Below are positions 1 to 11,500 of a stretch of 64,000 nucleotides of DNA, piece after piece (the first letter of the stretch is position 1; every line of letters starts with the position of its first letter). The notes beneath the pieces were generated by a model. That model had not been told where the DNA came from. It did not search any database and saw only the letters and a program-made list of their open reading frames with translations. Source of the stretch: Ancylonema sp. (taxonomy: Eukaryota); contig JBFLGF010000158.1 of assembly GCA_050230475.1 (NCBI GenBank), forward strand, positions 1 through 64,000, written 5' to 3'. Made by a program: the position numbers and the translations under genes.

Positions 1-128
1 ATCAGGTGCCCGGACACAATCGTGTCCGACCCCGCATACAAGCACATCTAGGAATATGGCGCCCGATTAGAGTAACCGGTCACAACCGGACTAGCAAGCA
101 TAAGGCTTGGCTATCCGAATATTCCTAC

Positions 129-1820
129 GAGTGTTATTGTGGCATTATCATCCCAAATGTCCACTTTGATATCCTCTGGTTGTGGTAGACCTTGGTGAAA
201 ACTCATAAATTCTGATAGCGCACCGAGACCCGTGGGTGAAGTTTGCATGTAGTAGCACGGTGGTTTCTCCCCTAATGTTTCAATCTCATGGTTGCCAGTG
301 GCTCTCTCTGGTAATGGACAACGACCGCACCCGTCGGCATTGGAGTTTACAACACCGGGGCGATGTATCACTGCAAATTCATACTCCTGAAGTAAGAGTG
401 GCCAACGTGCAAGATTTTTGTGGTTGTCATGATCCATTTGAGAGGTGCATGATCGGTAATGAGGGTGAATGGTTTACCAAACAAAAACTAACGAAAATGC
501 TACACCACCCAAATGACAGCAAGACACTCCCCGTGGAAGCTGTTGTAGTTCCGTTTTGCATTGTTACAGTTGCGACTAGCGAATGCGAGTGCATATTCGG
601 TACCATCATCATCTATTTGACTCAACACAACACCTAAACCATGTGCACTCCAGTCGGTTGCTAACAGGTATGGTTTATTTGTATCTGGTCTGCGGAGTAC
701 AGGCTCTGAACATAGTGCCCTCTTAAGTTCTATAAAGGCTCTCTCTTGAGTCTCGTCCCAGTACCATTTGACGTCCCCTTTAAGAAGTTCGTTGAGTGGG
801 TAAGCAATCGTGGAGAAGTGTGGAACGAACTTGCGGTAATATGAAAACAACCCTAGAGCAGCACGAAGTTGATGAATATCCTTAGGTGTCATCATATCCT
901 TAATGGCTCTGGTTTTCTCATCTTGTGGTGCAATGCCTTTCCCAGAGATCTTATGGCCTAAAAAATATATTTCGTATGCAAAGAATAAGCACTTACCTAG
1001 ATTACATTTCAACTTGAACTGCCGAAAGCGATGAAAAACTTGTCGAAGGTGTTGAAGGTGGTCCTCGAAAGTATTGCTCCGGTCGCTGATGTCATCAATG
1101 TAGCATCGCGAGTTGCGAAGTCCTGCCGAAATTCGGTCCATGGTACGTTGGAAGAATGGTGGTGCATTCTCGAGTCCATATGGTACGACATTACATTCAT
1201 AAAGTTGACGTTCAGCACCCCAAAATGCAGTTTTGCATTTGTCCGTTTCAAAGATAGGGATCTGGTGGTATCCTTGTCTTAAATCCAATTTGGTAAAAAA
1301 AATCGCTTCTTTCATGTCTTGAAAGATGTCCTCAATTCTTGGAAGCTGATCTTGTCGTGTTGGGTGTGGTTCTTGATAGGTAGATAATCACCACACTGGC
1401 GAAAGTCCGTTGGTTGTCCAGTCTCGTCCTTCTTTCGTACCACGACGGTTGCCGAGGCGTAATTATTACTGTCACTTTTTCGAATCATGCCTAGTTCTAG
1501 GAGTTTTTTGACAATTTTCGACGAACAAAACTCCATTCGGTGTCAAAAAGACGATGGGAGTTTTGAAAGATTGGTTGAGCTGTTTGTAATGAAATTTCCA
1601 TCGGCGTATTGTTGGATGGAAGTGACTCTTCCAGAGAAAATGCAAAGACATCGCGGCTTTCCTTCAGAAGGTCAATAACTTGAAGTTTTTGTTCCTCCGT
1701 AAGATTGTTGCCAATTTTCCATGTAATGGGTTTCGCCTCAGTTTCTGGTGGTGAATTTGGGTTGGATGGAATCATGTTGTCATCGGTAACAGTTGTTAAT
1801 TGGTAATCGGTTTCACTCAA
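129..1820 (-). pseudogene. Gypsy pol: reverse transcriptase + RNase H, fragmented
   Basis: ORFs 1497-1820, 1312-1536 (YASATVVVRKKD..FRQCGDY), 500-1315 (FTKLDLRQGYHQI, KTAF, PYGLENAP, CYIDD, FLGH, LGLFSYYRKFV, LATDWS, FASR, ECLAVIW) and 111-437 (LARWPLLLQEYEFAVIHRPGVVNSNAD). Confidence 0.93.
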
Positions 1821-2029
1821 TAATGATTGAGTGATAGGAATTGCATCTTGAGCAAGTTGGTGTTGCTCAGGTGAAGTGTGATGCTAGTGATTCCTATTGT
1901 TGTAAAATTCGTTGGTCGCGGAATCGTAATGAAGTGTGTGGTATAATGGAGCAATAGAGTAGTTTGCCCCTCCCCTTTCCTTGGTTGGCAAGGTGGGGTG
2001 TGTACCCTATGCAAGGCTGTAAGATGGGA

Positions 2030-3945
2030 GTGCATGTATAGCCATGAGAATGCCTCCCAACCATTTAGCCATGTTGCGATCCATTGTGCGTCCCAACATT
2101 GCTTTCCGAGTATTTTATGAAATGCCTGGTGCACACGTATCTCCATTGTCAAAACCCATAAGTCTCTCACGTTCCCAGACATTTGATTCCTCCCAATCAT
2201 ATTTATCCGTGTTGTAAAGCATTCCAGGGCCTGGTTGACTGTACCCTTGAAACTTAAATTGGTAACTGCGAGGGTACGAAACAAGTGTCGGTAGTGCACG
2301 ACGTAGTTCGCTAATTTTGTTAACCGGGTTGAATGGTGGTTCATCATCTTTGAGTACCTTGTTAGATCGATGATATGGTTCAAGGATGGTTGAAAAAAGT
2401 GGTAATTCCGGGGTGTCACGAATAGCCAGTTCCAATACATCTGGTGATATCCAATTTGTCCAGATGCATCGAACACGGTGGGCTATGCTACCGAAACTGC
2501 ATGCGTCGGCAGCTGCTGGAAAGCCCAAAAAGGAATTGATGAGTGTAGTTGTATCTCGAATTTCCTTCACCAAATCTCTAAATTGATATGTATTTTCCAA
2601 TGTAAATACTAGTAGGTATTTTTGGACTCTAATGAGATGGTTGATGGCTCTAATAAGGTCACAAAAATATGGAAATCGTCGATCATAGTAGCCTTTTCCT
2701 TGTCCAACTTTGCTGACCATTTGACATTCCCATCCAGCGAAGATGAAGTCGATAGGTCCTCGTTTTAGGATCAGTTCATCCAGATCGTCGTTTGATATTT
2801 TGGAAATATCATGAGAAAGTCGAGTGTCGAAACCTTTAATTGCAGTGGTTGGCAATTGTCCTGGGTATCGAACTTGAAATTTGGGTAATGTGGCACGAGT
2901 AATATCACGTGCATCTTGATCAATGTCACTGTGGGTATATGTACCAATGTTGTTTCCAGCCTCCAGGTGCATGATAGCGCCACTGCAACTCATGCCACCA
3001 AAAGGCTCCCAAATGTGTAGACCATCTTGCAGCGCATTAGGTTGTAAGCGAGCTGTATAAGATGGGCCAATTGGTACACCATCGCGAATCGGTATACCTT
3101 TCCATGCGTTCCATTGTGGTAATGGCTGGTCTTGTATTTTGTCGATGGCCTTGCGCAAATACTGTGCGCTCTTGATACGCAAGGTTGTAAGTCTGTTAAC
3201 TGCATGGTGCTCATTTATTTGTGCCATTGTTCTGGCTACTGCATTAAGTTGTGGTCGATGCGCTTGACGAATGTCTGTATGTTTGGTTGTAGCAAGGTAA
3301 ACCATGGTATTGGTTTCCCATTCTTGCATCTGAGGTTGGTACTCATTGTCGATGGGTCCATCTGGAAAATGTTGTGGTTCGTGGTATACACCTTCTTCCA
3401 TGATACGAAACTCAAATTCTGTAAAAATGTCGGCTTCTTCTGTTGAATGTAACAAATCCTCGTGCGGAATTTGCATGAACGTGTCAGCAGAAGTGTAAGT
3501 AACGCCTTTATTCATGTATTGACAATGCACCGATGCCGCGTGTGGAAAAGTGTATTTGACAGGAATTGAGGCGCGGTGTGTACCCTGTTTTTGCCAGTCT
3601 ACTCGGTAATGAAAGTGTTGACTCCATGGATTTGTAATACCTCCTATTGGTCCCAAGAAAGTACTGCCCAACAAAACATCGTATTTGTCGGAAGGTGTCA
3701 AATGAAGTTTGGCGTTAACCGAAGTTTGATTTGTGCCATGTCCAATTGTGATGGTATATGCTTTCTTGGTGGTCCCCAAAGATTGTTGGTATTTTCCATC
3801 TGAAGTTACGTATTCTTCTCCAGGATCAAGGTCTCGTGGTGTGAGCTTGAGTTGTTTGGCAAATTTGGTACCAATGGTAACGTTCTCCGCACCTGAATCA
3901 AATATTGGTAGTGAAGGTGTTTCTCCACCAATAGTGAGTATGGAT
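2030..3945 (-). pseudogene. Aspartic protease fused in frame to a DNMT3/DRM-like C5 cytosine methyltransferase domain
   Basis: Frame of ORF 2115-3779 extended upstream gives IFDSGA (~3892-3900) and YDVLLG. Then motif I HIWEPFGG (~2994-3017), IV IDFIFAGWECQ (~2721-2750), VI FTLENT, VIII AHRVRCIWTN, IX ERERLMGF. Past one TAA at 2115-2117 the frame continues into motif X RKAMLGRTMD. Confidence 0.88.
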
Positions 3946-4919
3946 TGACCTGTTGTCAGCGGTTGGTATATGCCAGTTGGTTGTCAATCTGGCGTTGCAA
4001 GGAATCACCGGTGGTTTGGTGTTTTGTGGTCCAATCACAGAGAGTGCCATTGGTGGTTGTGGCATCTCTGCTTGTCGAGGGTAATCATGTGGAGATGGTA
4101 TGTCACCCTGAGGTGAGTCAAGTAACAAATTCCGTCGTCGTGGACAGTTGGTCATTGTATGTCTTGTTTGTCCACATAAATAACATCGTAATTCTTTTTC
4201 AATGACATCGTATGGTTCCTCAAATTCAGGTATGGTTGGTGCCTGATGTGGTGCAGACTCGAGTGGTGTCGAGGTCATTGAGGTGAAAGTTCCGGGTAGT
4301 TATCGATAGAATACCCCAAGTTATGTTCAATCTTCGTAATTGTTGTAGTCGTTCGAAGCTTTGTCATAAGTTTTTATAGCACCCGTTCGAGTTGTTCATT
4401 AGAGATGTGGACAGATCCTGCAAAAATGTCCGACTGAGGTGCCATAACTGTGTAAGCTGGTGGATCAGCTTCTTCAGTCTTAGGCTGCGTGTATCGTGTG
4501 AAAGCCAATGTAGCTTTCCATACCTCCTCTACTTGAAGCAACTGAATGGTGAGATGACGAGGGATGTGCTGCTGCCACTCCTGCTTCCTGTATGTTTGTA
4601 ACATCTGGACGTGCGCCAATGTTTGTTCTTGCATGTGAGGTGGTAATAGGTGTACCATTTGGTTTTGTTCCTCAATCTGACTCTGAATGAGTCCTAGTTT
4701 GTAAAATCGAAAATCCTGTTCCAGATCTGTTGTTATGGAAAGCAGATCTTTATCCGATGTTAATTTGTTCAACATAGATTCAATTTCAGATGCTCTTTCG
4801 ACCCAATGTCCATGATAAACGTCTATCATTGAATCGTGATATGAAAAGTGTATATCGTCGATGAAGTAGTAGTCAAGAAAAACAAAAGATATTATTAAAA
4901 AAAAAAAAAAAGGTCGCAA
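3898..4919 (-). pseudogene. gag-like region with CCHC zinc knuckle
   Basis: CYLCGQTRHTMTNC in ORF 3898-4278. Upstream ORF 4374-4919 is helical-looking but shows no capsid motif I can recognise. Confidence 0.65.
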
Positions 4920-4973
4920 TGTTTGTTCAAAACTTTTTAGTTATCGAAATCAAGGTCTTCCGCAGTCGGATTG

Positions 4974-6127
4974 AAGTAGTATTGCAGATTGGGTCTCTGT
5001 TGAGATATCAATATTATATTTATCACACGTCTCAGCGGTCTGGTGAAATTCACTACTTAACGCCGAGGGCGAGTTAACAGATGGTTTATAGTACAAAAGT
5101 ATGTGAAAATACCATAAAGCAAACAAGATAGTCCGGTGCAGACTATCAAGGTTAACAGCCGTAAGAGTTACTTTCGGTGCGAAACCAAAGTATCGACGGC
5201 GCGTCGATAAAAGATGTTGGCTCAGAAAGAGCGTCAGCAGACAGATGTAAACAACAAATGCTGGCTCGGAGCGAGCGACAGCAAACACACACACACACGA
5301 ATGAAATTTCCGATTCGGAGCGAACACATGCAAATCGGCAGATGCTTTACACACACACGCACGCTTGCTGGCTCAAAGAGAACGTCAGCGAATCGATGTA
5401 AGAAATTACAGTCGATAAACAAGCTGACTCAGAAAGAGCGTCAGCAACAAATTCAGATGAATCAGATCAAATACACACACACAGATTGCAAAGAATGATT
5501 TGCAAACTTATCGTCTGGCTGACGGATGTCAGGCTGGGACGAAAGACGAGCACGTTGCGAAGTCGCGTAAGCGAAGGGATGCAATATTCACAGAATTGCA
5601 AGGATTCAGATAACACAAAAGATAGTTGGAAGGGATTTCTTAACAACGCAATCTGACAGCGGAAGCTGGCAGATCTGAAAGTACAAATTGTCTTTTTATC
5701 AAAAAGTTGTTGCGCGGTGCTAAACCGGCAGAGTTAACTAGAGTTAAACTGTCGAAGATAGCGACCTGGCTTCTAGAACATTACAATTAATCTCGGCGCT
5801 CCGATGACAACGGCGCGAGATATTTCTATATTTCTACGACTGGATTTAATCGCCGGGATTATCGACAAGTCGAAAGGGACTTGTGATTTTAACAAAATCG
5901 ACACGCAACTATTTGTTGAAGACTGCTGGATTCTAGACACTTCGGAAAATACGCCACGCGTTATTTTCGAGTCGTACAAATTTCGTACTTCACTATTTTT
6001 TCTTGTAAAGTACTAGAATCTATAAAGTCGCTATATCGAATACTCTCGTTATAGCAGAGTATGGATCTAGAGGGGTTCCTGATCAATCTAGAGGGGTTTC
6101 GCCTTAACGATCTCTAGCGTCATGACA
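4974..6127 (-). repeat. Terminal repeat 'A' (LTR-like, ~1.15 kb), copy 1
   Basis: Colinear high similarity to 42696-43843. Both copies stop at the same base (..TCTCTAGCGTCATGACA), i.e. start TGTCA on the minus strand. Confidence 0.9.
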
Positions 6128-7149
6128 CCGCACCAATATGATATACAGTACGTATAGACTTGTACGGATAGGGTCGATTGGAATCAATCCGTTCCATCTG
6201 GTCAATCAGGCCGCTGCAAGACCACGAAGGGAATACGGGCGACCGGGACCGAGCCACGAAAATGTAGGATACTACCAAAACCGCAATGAAAATCGTGACC
6301 CAATTGCGAAAAAAAAAAAAATGCATGGCCCAGTGGGCAATAAATTGAATTTAAAAAATGACCCGACCCACTTTTGTCGTTTTTTTATAACGGGCCATTA
6401 TCTATGACCATTACGGTGTTAAATTTCTTTTCATGGTTGCACAAAAACGCGTCCGGGTTTGGCAAACGCCAAACGTCCAAACGCAAACACGGTACATTTT
6501 GACGTATAGCGCCAACACCAAACTGTTGCACGGACGCCCGAAAACAAAGTGAACAAACAGAGTGAACGTCCGTGTATATTTTTCGGACGTTTATCAAAAG
6601 TTTGTTCGGTAGACATGAGTTTTTCTAACGTCCGTGGGTAAATACGGACGTTTGCAAAAGACGATCAATTGGTTTTTTTCCGGATCCGGATCCGGCAACT
6701 TTGAGTGGTACCAATCAAAATTGGGGATACTTTCGGACGTTTAGGCGTTTTCCGGACGTCCGGGTTTGGAAAACGCCGTTCAGGCAGATTTGTAATACTT
6801 GGGTCTAACCGTGTTTTTTTTTAATAATGCATACCAGATCAAAGTAGTTTTCCAAGACGGAAAACGACCCATGGCGAATCCGGGGATACCTTTCTTTCGC
6901 TTCTTCAAGCACCGCCAAAGCAAGCACGAAAAAGGGGAAGGAAAGTGGGCCCTATGTGGGACCACCTCGTAGAATTGGAGATGATGTAAATGTGTTTGGG
7001 TAACGAGAGTCTTATGCATAATAGGACGACTTACATTATGAGGAGCGTTTCATTCGTGGGGTCTTTGTATGTTGAAGAAGGTGCATGGGTTTAATGATCG
7101 GTTCTTGTGGTTTTAGCGATCTAGTTGTACATCTACTTATACAGCTCCA

Positions 7150-8060
7150 GAATGATTGTTATGGGAGCAAAATTCTTCCAAATTCTAGGATGATGAGGTG
7201 ATGAAGGGTAAGAAATTTTTGGGTTTTTTTCTATGCATTGTTCTCAAAGACTAAGATGCATTTCAGTACATCGGTTTATCCGCATTTTCAATTGTCGTGT
7301 TAAAAATAAATTATGTTTGCATAATGTGATGACTTATATTGCCTAGACATGTATCTGCAGTGAAAAAAATAGATGAAAGAAAATATTATGCACAATGATA
7401 TCCAACAAAATCTCACGCCATAAAACAACCAAGTCGGAGAGCAAAGTAAAGTTTTGTGTGGAACATTGTTCGTCATTCTTGATTTTTCTTCGTCATTGTT
7501 AATTTTTAAGGTCAGCAATGTGTTCAACGATATGATTCCATCCAATAAGCACCTTTTTTTCCGATTCTGAAACAAGTAATGACATCACGAATAAAGACTT
7601 CTCGAAATAAAAAAACTGATTTCAAAATTGGTTCTTCTGGTTTTCAATATATACTTGTACGTCTAATCGTACGGATTTAAAATACATGTTATGGGAGCAG
7701 TAGTCTTTCAACTATAAGATGATGAGGTGATGAGGGGTGCTAAGTTGAAGGGATTCTTCGATGCATTGTTCCCAAAGACTAAGATACGTTTCACTGCATC
7801 GATTTATCCACATTGGAAATTGTTATGTTTACGACAATGGTTATGTTTGCCCGGTGTGGTTATCTTTTTTGCCTAGACATGTATGTGCATTTAGAGAAAA
7901 GATGTAAAAACAGGTACCGCACAATAGTAGCCACCAAAAACTCATACACTTAAACTAAAAAGGTCGGAGAACAAAATAACAATTTATGATTTATTTTTTC
8001 TTCGTCATCATCAACTTCAAAGGTCAGTAGTATATTATTCGAGAGAATAAGAACCTCTTT
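7150..8060. repeat. Diverged tandem duplication, ~530 bp period
   Basis: TGTTATGGGAGCA..GATGATGAGGTGATGA at ~7157 and ~7687; AAAGACTAAGAT, GCCTAGACATGTAT and GTCGGAGA also recur at about the same offset. Confidence 0.75.
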
Positions 8061-8467
8061 ATTTTTCAATGTTGAACTTAATAACGACATTACGGTTTAA
8101 ATTTTTGGATTTATTACAAATTACAGCGTACAACCTGATCATTACGTCACATAAAAGTTTTCTACGTAAGATGCGTCTTGTGTATTTATTTCCCGTGAAC
8201 GTAAGTCGCAAATCATAATAACGAAGAAGTCACTCATTAAAATTTGACATTGTCGAAGATTCTCTAAAAAAAAAAAATGTACTAGTTGCACAACACTTCA
8301 ATAAAGTGATTACGCTCTTTTTTGTTTGGTACTTTTTACTAAGTACCCCTATCGGTGCATAGAATCGCGTCTATAGCACCATATGTCCGCTCTTATGTTA
8401 GACGTCCTGACAATAATAACATGTTTTGTATGAATGCGTTTTTTTAATAAGTCGGCGTATGCGTTTC

Positions 8468-8594
<127 letters not shown>

Positions 8595-8639
8595 GATGTT
8601 CCCCATAATACGTTTCATTCACTCTTGCATCCTCTATCC

Positions 8640-9060
8640 CTGCACGCGTGCCGAGACAATTTAGCAATCGAATTTCCGACGTCGAAATTTGACGAAGTGG
8701 TGAGTATTGACCGCTACCATTGTAGGTAGTACGATATAACGCCTTAGGCCCTTTTAGTACATTTTCACCGTTGTAATCATAGATGGGTCAGCACCATGCG
8801 CAAGATTCGCGCACGCGTGCGGCGCGCGTGCCGCACCGGGACAATTTGTGTACTCGACTTTCGGACGTCGAAATTTGACCAAATAGTGAGTACTAACCAT
8901 ATTGCACTGTTAAGTAGTTCGATAGAACGTCTTAGGCCCTAAATTGAATACTGCCACGTTGTAATCGGTTCACCAAATACATTTCACCAAATACACGGTG
9001 AGCACTGTGCGCGAGATTTGCGCACGCGTGCGGAACACGTGCGGGACGCGCACTTCAAAG
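8640..9060. repeat. Diverged ~185 bp tandem repeat (2+ units)
   Basis: GACGTCGAAATTTGAC..GTGAGTA..TTAGGCCC..GTTGTAATC..CGCGCACGCGTGCGG recurs at ~8678, ~8864 and partly ~9020. Confidence 0.7.
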
Positions 9061-9756
9061 ACCCATCCATGGTTGTAATCGATTCACCAATTACATTTCA
9101 CGATTTCGGAAACATCTCGCACCCCCTGGGGTGTAGGAAGTACCCCCCCCGGGGGGTACTCCCCGGGGGGTACCCCCCGGGGGATGGGTAATGATATAAT
9201 TTTAACGCCTATGGCCGCGCACCGTGCACACGCCAAAACCCAACTTCGATTTTCTTAATCCGCCATGGCAAGCATTTCTCTATTTATAAGGAGGCGGGAA
9301 GTCAAAAGGTGAAACGAATAATATCCCATATCATGGCGGGAAAAATGGTGGAAATAAACTCTATGAGGGCGTCGATAAATGTTTTAAAAAGAGGTTCTGA
9401 AGGGGGGACGAGTGAACAAACGAACGTTCCGCACACGTCATGTTGGAATCCGATGACCGTTAAAAAAAGCCCATTTGAGCCCGTACGATCCCAGAACCCT
9501 TTGAGCCGGATCATTTGAGCCCGGCGGGCTCGAAGCCCGTCATCGGAGTCACGCTGGCCCAAGGCCTCGGAGCTCGCGGAATCTGGACTCATAGGATCGA
9601 GGTCTCCGGGTTCCCATCGTGGAACCACGAGGCAAAAGATACGGTCGGCGTAATTATTGCGGAGAGGATATTTTGCTTGATGCGCGTGACAGGTAAATTG
9701 TTCCCTAGCTCCGTAGGCGAAGCCTACGGGTAGATCACCATAGCCGAGGAGCCTAA

Positions 9757-10471
9757 GAGCATCCGCTACGGCCTCGCAAATATTTGAGCATAATTGGGAG
9801 ATATGCTCGGTGATGATCAATTTATCATGCGGCAAAATGACATGTGCTTAATTTGCATACGTTACGGCCTGAGCATTCTGAAGCAAAATATTTGCCACGA
9901 AGGCGAACAAGTAGTTTTCAATTGGTCCAGATGAAACTCTTAAGTTTTTTGCCACGTAGGCGAATCGTACGACAATCTGATTGGTCCAGAGGTGATGCTC
10001 AGCCCGATGATTTACGCAAACTTCTGAGCATATTTTGGGAAAATGTGCGACAAGCTATGCGTAAATCATCCGGCAGAATGTCCTGAGCATAATTACCGTA
10101 CTGGGCACCGTAAATGATTTCTGTTTTTTAAGAACGAATTAATTTGTTAATGATTTGTAATAAAGATTCCGGGAATCCGGTAGTTATTATCGATGATTTT
10201 TAGCAATGATTTCTTGAAGCCTACATACAAAATTCAAAACAAATCCAAAAGTGGTATTAACATCAATGATTTTTGGTTGATGATTCGGACCTTATAGGTA
10301 TTAATATAAATGATTACTTTCGGGTTTCAATAATTAATTAAAAATCATTTACGGTGCCCACAGGAGAGATTTGATATGCGCAGGCCGTAACGTTCGCCAT
10401 TTTGGATGATTTGAGCATATTAATGGCAGAAGTCGAAAATCAAGATGATATGCGAGGCCGTAGCGGATGCT
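9757..10471. mobile_element. Tourist-like (PIF/Harbinger) MITE, copy 1
   Basis: TIR GAGCATCCGCTACGGCCTCGCA...TGCGAGGCCGTAGCGGATGCT, preceded by TAA. Contains a nested insertion absent from copy 2. Confidence 0.8.
10096..10360. mobile_element. Nested Tc1/mariner-like MITE
   Basis: Inverted repeat TGGGCACCGTAAATGATTT...AAATCATTTACGGTGCCCA; left end TA|CCGTA. A related right end AAATCATTTACGGTGTCCAATACGG|TA lies at ~57548-57574. Confidence 0.7.
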
Positions 10472-10477
10472 TCCTTA

Positions 10478-10909
10478 GAGCATCCGCTACGGCATCGCAA
10501 ATCTTTGCGCATAATTTGGAGATATGCTCGGTGATGATCAATGTATCATGCGGCAAATGACATATGCTTAATTTGCAAACGTTACGGCCTCAGCATTCTG
10601 AAGCAAAATATTTGCCTCGTAGGCGAACAATTAGTTTCTGATTGGTCCGGATGAAATTCTGCCAAGTAGGCGAGCCGGACGAGAATCTGATTCGTCCAGA
10701 GGTTATGCTCAGCCCGATGATTTAGGCAAACTTCTGAGCATATTTTGGGAAAATTTGCGACGAGATATGCGTAAATCATCCGGCAGAATGTCTTGAGCAT
10801 AATTATTTTGATATGCGCAGGCCGTAACGTTCGCCATTTTGGAAGATTTGAGCATATTAATGGCAGAAGTCGAAAATCAGGATGATATGCGAGGCCGTAG
10901 CGGATGCTC
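10478..10909. mobile_element. Tourist-like MITE, copy 2 (tandem with copy 1)
   Basis: Same TIRs, preceded by TTA; colinear with copy 1 minus the nested insert. Confidence 0.8.
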
Positions 10910-11500
10910 TTCGGCAAACTCTAGGTATAACTGCTAGGACGCCATCCGGGGGTCAGTCAGGCGACTGCAAGCTGGACTCTGATGATGACGATGCAAATCA
11001 ACAACAGAATCGTACTTTTTAGCCGAGAGTCCGGCGGTCTGTGGAAACAATATAGTCACATGCTTGGCGTCACGTGATTTTGGACGAAGAATCGAGTGGA
11101 CAGGTGGCGAAGGATCCAGTTTTCCTCAAATGCGTGGCTGAGACGTGCCGCGCTGTTATGCAAATAGCCGTCCGATCTTCAGTAAATTGCACTTCCAGTT
11201 TTCGAATCATTGGCGATTTCGGAGTCCAGATGGAGACCGGTCGCAGGATCGAACCGGTCGATGCCGAGCGTGTGAAATGATTCCTGGCTTCATCTGCAGG
11301 CTACACCTTCGCTCTTGAAAACATACACCATCGAAGGTTCTAGGTCGGAAATCTCCGAAAAGAGGTTAGTCGCCCCTTTCAATCTTTTTGGGCCCTCTAC
11401 TGTTTGAGTACTGTCGCTCTGCAGTTGTGTCGCATGTAGCTTCTGCAACATAGCCGGACATCACTGCGTTGCTTCTGCGAGTATTTCTTTCAGAGGCACC

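Larger units (their letters stand above)
129..6127 (-). mobile_element. Decayed Ty3/Gypsy retrotransposon carrying a C5 DNA methyltransferase (5' repeat-gag-PR-DNMT-RT-RH; integrase not seen in window)
   Basis: Minus-strand order: terminal repeat starting TGTCATGAC at 6127, CCHC knuckle, DSG protease, DNMT motifs, Gypsy-type RT (LDLRQGYHQI, YIDD), RNase H (TDWS). Several stops and frameshifts. Recognisable pol homology fades near ~129. Confidence 0.9.

Noticed and set aside
1..128. Possible start of integrase or a nested element
   Set aside because: No HHCC or other motif readable in any frame; too short at the window edge.
6445..6780. GGACGT/ACGTCC-rich cluster resembling an array or MITE
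   Set aside because: Irregular spacing, no constant repeat-spacer structure, no clear TIR or TSD; not CRISPR.
9302..9835. 177 aa minus-strand ORF
   Set aside because: Starts inside a MITE; no recognisable domain.
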